A DNA stretch of 64,000 nucleotides from a virus: positions 21,660 through 85,659 of IMG/VR virus record IMGVR_UViG_3300025674_000024; one strand, written 5' to 3'. Shown here piece after piece: positions 58,500-64,000 of the stretch; the first letter of the stretch is position 1, and each line of letters opens with the position of its first letter. The position numbers and the translations under genes were made by a program. The notes under the pieces were generated by a model that was not told the DNA's origin, did not search any database, and worked only from the letters and a program-made list of their open reading frames with translations.

Positions 58500-58793
58500 T
58501 CACTGACCTCCGATATGGGTGGTCGCGATGAGGCAGGGGTTGCGCGGCACGCACTCGATCCACTCAGCTCCGTCGTACACGGCCGGGAAGTAGACATATT
58601 TCCCTCCCCATGCTGTGAAACTGCAGCCTTCTGAGCCGCCGTAGCCGCCGTCAAACTCGCGGTCGAAGACACCATAGTCGATGGGGACCGCAACGGGAGC
58701 CATAGGCCTTCTTTCCGACTTGATGACTAGCATCTCGAGCTCGTCCTCGTTGTCAATGAGCATCTGCTCCAGTTCGGTACGCCAGTTCATCAC
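58500..58793 (-). CDS. Conserved phage hypothetical protein
   Basis: FDGGYGGSEG.SFTAW...YVYFP.VYDGAEW...VPRNP. Confidence 0.6.
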   Translation of the reverse strand: MMNWRTELEQMLIDNEDELEMLVIKSERRPMAPVAVPIDYGVFDREFDGGYGGSEGCSFTAWGGKYVYFPAVYDGAEWIECVPRNPCLIATTHIGGQ

Positions 58794-59113
58794 TTCATCC
58801 CGTCGAGAAAGGTCTTAATGAAGATGACCGCCGCAACGACCATGATGGTGGTCAAAAGCCAGGGGGCAAAGTGCCCGATGAAGACGCCTAGTCCTACGAA
58901 GAGGAAGGCCTTGAGGTAGTTTTTCATCGCTCCAAAAAGGCGAGGTAGTCTTGAGCTTCTTGAAGAGTGGTGAAGGTCGCCACGGAGTAGCGGTAGTTCA
59001 TTAGCTCCGTGACGGCCTCCCAGCACTCGATGTTGTACTCTCCGCTTACGCGGTCTTGAGTTATGGTGTGGCCAGACGACTTAGACATGATGGATCTGTC
59101 GGACTGGAATCTA

Positions 59114-61105
59114 CTATACCACAACTTCCTCCGCTTTGGCAAGTTTGCTACCCTTGCCGTGCACGGGTCGAGCTTTGAGAGTCTTAGCGGAACAGACCTT
59201 AGGCTTCTTCCGCTTGGATTCGAACTTCAGCTCGTATGAGTCTGTGCCGATGTGGAGTAGTTCAGCGCCCTCAGGCAACCAACGCTTGCCCCTCGAGGTC
59301 GTTCGTAGCAGTTCATCCCACGGAATAATATTTCCAAAGATGCCCTCTGCAGATTTCCACACCGCGACAATTGGATCTTGAGGTAGATTCGTTGTTGAAC
59401 CTCTCAGGAGAACTTTCGTCGGAGAATCTGACAGTGGACCGCGATGTCGAGCGTTAACCTTATAGAAGTAGCCGTTGTTGCAGACGAAAACCATCTTTTG
59501 ATCGTCCGGGATCACAAAGTTGGCTCCGCGAGGTGCCTTGAGTTGTGTGAGAATACCCTTCTCCTCGTCGACCATGACGTAGCGGGGCTTTGGACCGCTC
59601 TGAGCGAGTTGGACTTTCCGTCCCTCGACCTTCACTGTCTCCACAGCGACCTCCTTGGGAGGATCTATGCCTTCGCTGCGACGAGCGTTCCCATGTCGCT
59701 CCGCGAGTTCCTCCACCTCACTAACAATGTACTCTCCGCGCTTTTTCTCCGAGGAAGTCAGAGAAATGATCTCCTTGATGCGCTTCTGCACATCCTTGGC
59801 TTCCTGTTGCAGCTGCTTGTCATCCAGCTTCGTCAATTGAGCAAGTCGCATGTCGAGGATGGCGTCCGCCTGCCTTTCCGTGTACTGCATCTTGACCAAG
59901 CGGGCTTTAGCATCAGCACGTTCCTTAGCGAGTCGGATCTGCGCGATGACCTCGTCGATCATCGTGATCGCGGTGATCAAGCCTTGGACCACCTCAAGCC
60001 TACCGCGTCGCTTCTCGAGTTCGGCTTTGAGAGAAGCTAAGAGGCGCTGGTCCCGCCATCCCGCCCAGCGGATGAGCATGTCGTGCGGCGCGAGCTGCAC
60101 CGGCTTCAAGTTGTCGATGACAAGATTCCGTGCGGAAAACTTCGTGTCAAGCGACGTGTTCTTGAAGATTTCAGCTCGAGCACGTGCTTCGTCGGCACTC
60201 GCCTTAAGAACGACCACTAGGCGGATCCCGCTGCGGTCCGTCTCGTCTCGGACGTCTGCGACCGTAGTGATTTTGCCTTTCTCAATCCCTTCTTTGATCT
60301 GATCCCCAACCTGCTCCGTGTTGGTGTGTAGAGGCAGGTTCGTGAACACGAGAGCGGTGCGCTTGGACTTCTTCCCGTAGTCGATCTGCTCGGAGGAGCA
60401 GTGGGCGCGCATGCGGACGGAGCCGACACCTGTGTTGAGGTATTCGACGAGACCTTCGTCCTTGACCACGTGGCATCCCGTAGGGAAGTCCGGAGCGAGA
60501 GAGTTCTTCGCCGTGATCATGTCATCATCAACAAGAGCTCGGAGAGCCTTGGCGACGCCGCGGAGGTTGTGAGTGGGGATCTTTGTAGCAAAGCCTACTC
60601 CAATCCCTTCCGCTCCGTTAAGCAAGATAAGAGGGACTCTAGCGTTTAGTTGCACCGGCTCCTGTAAGCTCCCGTCATAGTTAGGACGAGTGACCCAGGT
60701 ATCTGAGTCTTGAAGCAAAGCATCCCAGGCAAACTGGGAGATCTTTGACTCAGTATATCTCGGAGCAGCGGCGTTGTCCGTCGGAGACCCGCCGTTCCCA
60801 TGGATGTCAATAAGAGGGTGATTGTTGGTCCACCATGCGGCAGCCGTAACCATTGCGCCGTATGCACCGCCGTGAGGATGATACTTACCGGTGGTCTCGC
60901 CTTCAACACGAGCGCACTTCATATAGCGCCCGTCAGGACGAAGGTTAAGGGCCTTCATCGCGGCCATGATGCGCCTAGTGACCGGCTTTAAGCCGTCATA
61001 AAGATCTGGGATTGCCCGACCAACGAGCACAGCCATGCTGTACTCAAGGTACGCGGACTTCATCTCTTTAACGAGCCCTGCTTGGACAGTTGTTCCTTCA
61101 GTCAT
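59114..61105 (-). CDS. Type IIA topoisomerase subunit A (GyrA/ParC-like)
   Basis: RAIPD..DGLKPV.RR, GKYHPHG, AAAPRYTE (catalytic Tyr), GIGVGFAT.IP.HN, PDFPTG, QADAILDMRL..LT; start MTEG at 61105. Confidence 0.92.
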   Translation of the reverse strand: MTEGTTVQAGLVKEMKSAYLEYSMAVLVGRAIPDLYDGLKPVTRRIMAAMKALNLRPDGRYMKCARVEGETTGKYHPHGGAYGAMVTAAAWWTNNHPLIDIHGNGGSPTDNAAAPRYTESKISQFAWDALLQDSDTWVTRPNYDGSLQEPVQLNARVPLILLNGAEGIGVGFATKIPTHNLRGVAKALRALVDDDMITAKNSLAPDFPTGCHVVKDEGLVEYLNTGVGSVRMRAHCSSEQIDYGKKSKRTALVFTNLPLHTNTEQVGDQIKEGIEKGKITTVADVRDETDRSGIRLVVVLKASADEARARAEIFKNTSLDTKFSARNLVIDNLKPVQLAPHDMLIRWAGWRDQRLLASLKAELEKRRGRLEVVQGLITAITMIDEVIAQIRLAKERADAKARLVKMQYTERQADAILDMRLAQLTKLDDKQLQQEAKDVQKRIKEIISLTSSEKKRGEYIVSEVEELAERHGNARRSEGIDPPKEVAVETVKVEGRKVQLAQSGPKPRYVMVDEEKGILTQLKAPRGANFVIPDDQKMVFVCNNGYFYKVNARHRGPLSDSPTKVLLRGSTTNLPQDPIVAVWKSAEGIFGNIIPWDELLRTTSRGKRWLPEGAELLHIGTDSYELKFESKRKKPKVCSAKTLKARPVHGKGSKLAKAEEVVV

Positions 61106-61550
61106 TACGTGTTGAAATGAAACGACCTCGGCTATCACGCAGCCGTTCTGAGAATCTCCCTGCGTCGTAAGCCGCTTGGATGTTTTCTGAGTTGTTGACC
61201 CACTCTAAGTTGGACACATGATTGTTTTGCTTATCATGGTCTACGTGGTGAACAATCGGCTTAGCCTCCGCTAAGGGGACCCAGGCACGAGCTGTGACTC
61301 GATGAGAAAGATCTCCAGTAATCAGCCTGATGTAGCCTTTTGTGTTAGGAGATCCTTTGACCCACTTAGCTCGTCGAAACTCATGTGTTGTGATGAACAC
61401 GGAGTTCCAACGGTCCCAAACTTGCTTCTCCGTTAGAAAAGCGGGTTCTGCTACTCGGCCATCCAGAGTAGACCAAAGAGAGGTTTCTTGGTCCAAAGCC
61501 CATGGTCCAGGGTCCAAGTCAAGAAGACTGTCCGTGTCGTAGAGTCTCAT
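61098..61550 (-). CDS. HNH endonuclease
   Basis: HRVTA.AW...VHHVDHDKQNNHVSNLEWV..SEN. Confidence 0.85.
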   Translation of the reverse strand: MRLYDTDSLLDLDPGPWALDQETSLWSTLDGRVAEPAFLTEKQVWDRWNSVFITTHEFRRAKWVKGSPNTKGYIRLITGDLSHRVTARAWVPLAEAKPIVHHVDHDKQNNHVSNLEWVNNSENIQAAYDAGRFSERLRDSRGRFISTRND

Positions 61551-61777
61551 ACGGGAACCTCTTGAAGGTCGAGTTGCAAATCATTGATCACTCCCTCGAG
61601 CTCGAGGATGGCCTCATCATAGTCGAGAGGTTCATAGCCCTCATCGCGAGAAGCGGTGTCCGTGTAAGCCCCGTTGGGATCGTTCCACTGAAGGAACTCG
61701 AGGATGGCCTCCCGTGACCCACGGTCGTAGAGCCGCTGAGCGTAGGGGAGGATGTTATTAGGATTAAGGTGTTCCAT
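61547..61777 (-). CDS. Small early protein (probably leaderless)
   Basis: ATG lies 6 nt after TGTGGTATTAT; LQWNDPNG.YTD motif. Confidence 0.55.
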   Translation of the reverse strand: MEHLNPNNILPYAQRLYDRGSREAILEFLQWNDPNGAYTDTASRDEGYEPLDYDEAILELEGVINDLQLDLQEVPV

Positions 61778-63080
61778 GTAGCTATAATACCACACCCGAG
61801 GTGGGTGTAACTTGGTATGTACCACTTTTTAGACTGTCACTTATCACCGAGGACGGTGGTTGAATGGGAAGAATCGTGCATAGGATACTTAAGCCACGAC
61901 AGGTCGTCACCAAAGTTCTGCGGACCGTAACCCACTTGCTCGAGAAAAGCTTCTATGCGGTTACGAAGTTCCTTTCCAGATAAGCCTCCGGGCAGAGTTA
62001 CCTCGAGTCCCATCTCGCTATCTTCATATTTGAGTGTGAAGGTTTCGTCATTCATTTGGAAGATGAAGCAGGTTTGATGAGTTCCCAGATCGCCAGGAGC
62101 CCGAGGATCTGCCAGTAAGTGAGGTTTCCGATGAAGGCCATACTGAGGATGAAGTGGATCACCCACGCCCTGCCAATAATCGTAATGGAAGCAACGACGG
62201 CTACACCTAACGCGATTCCCAGTCCCTCAGCGATGCTCTCTAGGGTAAGCCTTTTCTTCATGATGTCGTCGATGGTGGTCATTGTTGGTAAATCCCGAAC
62301 TTGGTTACGCAGAAGTTCCGCTGGTTGCAGCACACTTTGACGCGCTCCCCTCCCTGCCACACCCAGAAGGAGTAGTTGCAGGATTGCTGGGCGAGCGCGG
62401 CGTTGCCGATCGTCAGCGATATTATGGCAAAGATCGCGGCCCTCATAAAGGAGTGTCCTCTCCTAGATACTCGTGTTGGTGCGCCTGCCATCGCAGTAGG
62501 GCCGGGATGGAGCTCGGCTGGATACCGATGTTGTCGAGGACCTTCTCGAACCAGTCCGCCGTGGTATCGATCACAGCTTGAGCCAGCTCCTCACGGCCAG
62601 AGTCGCGCTCGCAATGGAAGTTGATTACCTCAGTGATCTCTCTCATGAGTTTAGTCTTGTCAGTCATTCTGGGAGTTGCTCTAGTGCGTGACGGATGGTA
62701 TTGAGTGAATCCAATTCAATGGATGTAACATCCCACCTCTCCTCTAACTTGTCCATCTCTTTTAGCGCCTGTTTTTTCAAGCTCGGTGGTTTCGGGAGGC
62801 GGATGGCACGTAGATCTGTTGCAACGTGCTTACCCTCTTCTTACACCCTCCTCAATCGCCATCTCGAGGATCACTCTCACTTTAGGTTTCATTCCACACT
62901 CTCCGTTGTGCTGCGTAGGAGATCCGCATGATCTGCTCGCACTCGTCGTACGACAACCCTGTGATCTTCCTCACCCAGTCAAGCTCACAGTCGTCCGTGA
63001 GCTGCGCGAGTGCGTAGGCGTAGTCATCAGCCGTGTAAGATCCGCTTTCTTCTTTATTAACAAGAATGGCGTAATCGCCA

Positions 63081-63953
63081 GTCAGTGGGTGTTGGTTAGT
63101 CATTGTTGTTTTCCTGTGTTGTTGTTGTTGGGCGCATTGCTTCTCGAAGGTCTTCCAGAAGTTCGTCCTCTTTAATGTAAACATTTGGAAAATTATCGTA
63201 GAGATAAGCATAACCTTTGTAAAAGTCATGATTCATTAGGTTTACTTCCATCCACTCAATCACCTGCTCCAACTGGGCATCACGGCCTAAATCGTAAGCA
63301 GCTCGCATGTCATCTTCAGCGTACAAAACTTCACCTTGGTCAACATGTGGTGGCCATCGAAAACAAAGGTTATTGGCGATGTCACGGCATTTTGCGTCAG
63401 TCAGTGGGTGTTGGTTAGTCATTAGATTTCTCCAGTTGATTAATTGCTGAATAACAAAACTCTCGTCAGCACAAAGCCAATTGCAAAGCAGCTAACCGCG
63501 ATAATAAGATCTTTTCGTACATGTTTCATGATTAATACCGATAACCTTTGTAATCACACTTGGAACAATGAACACTCCATTGCGGAGGACAAGTAGTCAA
63601 GCACACTGAAGGATTAGAATTCATTAGCTCGGATTTGCATTCAGGACATGCAAGTCCATTAAGCACTGGTTCCGTTGAGAAATACCGTGCTCGATTGCAA
63701 GCTTTGCTGTTGTGAACGTCTAGAGGAATTAGTTCCATGGGTAATTAGTGGTAATGGTTACTGGGCTTCAAGCTCATCGGCGATGGTGAGGAGTTTTCAT
63801 CAGTTGTTCTCCTGTGTTGTTGTTGTTGTTGGGCGCATTGCTTCTCTGAAGGCATTGATTACTAAGTAGCGATCACTCCGGTATTCACCGTCATAGCTCA
63901 GGCTATGGTTCATATTGCAGTTCTTAAGCCAATCAATCACCTGCTCCAACTGC
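63081..63953. repeat. Short direct repeats among paralogous small ORFs
   Basis: GTCAGTGGGTGTTGGTTAGTCATT at about 63081 and 63400; TGTTGTTGTTGTTGGGCGCATTGCTTCTC at about 63117 and 63818; CAATCACCTGCTCCAACTG at about 63257 and 63934. Confidence 0.85.
63096..63422 (-). CDS. Member of a repeated small-ORF family (MTNQHPLT...RAAYD...QLEQVIEW)
   Basis: Paralogous segments at about 62882-63103 and 63800-63975. Confidence 0.6.
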   Translation of the reverse strand: MTNQHPLTDAKCRDIANNLCFRWPPHVDQGEVLYAEDDMRAAYDLGRDAQLEQVIEWMEVNLMNHDFYKGYAYLYDNFPNVYIKEDELLEDLREAMRPTTTTQENNND

Positions 63954-64000
63954 CAATCGGCAGCGGCTCGCATGGTTCGTCGAGTCGCTGGGCAAGGTTC

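Overview
A 64-kb segment of a contractile-tailed phage (myovirus) with essentially all genes on the minus strand. The host is most likely a picocyanobacterium, judging from the cyanobacterial-type permuted tmRNA, phoH, peroxiredoxin and cyanophage-like small ORFs. In transcription order (right to left) it holds: early small ORFs and gyrA/parC; a non-coding block with a candidate structured RNA, an atypical tRNA(CAU) and a two-piece tmRNA; a Pol-gamma-like family A DNA polymerase; a dNMP kinase plus a thymidylate-synthase homologue with the dCMP-type Asp (probable cytosine modification); a Mu-like head and tail module whose major capsid gene is split by two group I introns into 9-, 27- and 1020-nt exons; terminase; and phoH. 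The most novel-looking system is at 1-9835, an array of late genes whose products share a leader and a conserved C-[QE]-R-x-D-G-[ST]-x-Y-G-T-x-G-x-C-R-K-G module fused to different enzymatic C-termini (protein kinase, tandem GNAT-like, DUF3626 ART-like, VIP2/Alt-like ADP-ribosyltransferase). Three of the four enzyme genes are followed by a small, closely spaced ORF. This looks like a polymorphic, capsid-packaged effector/immunity system processed by the prohead protease. All product calls come from motif recognition by eye; no database searches were run.
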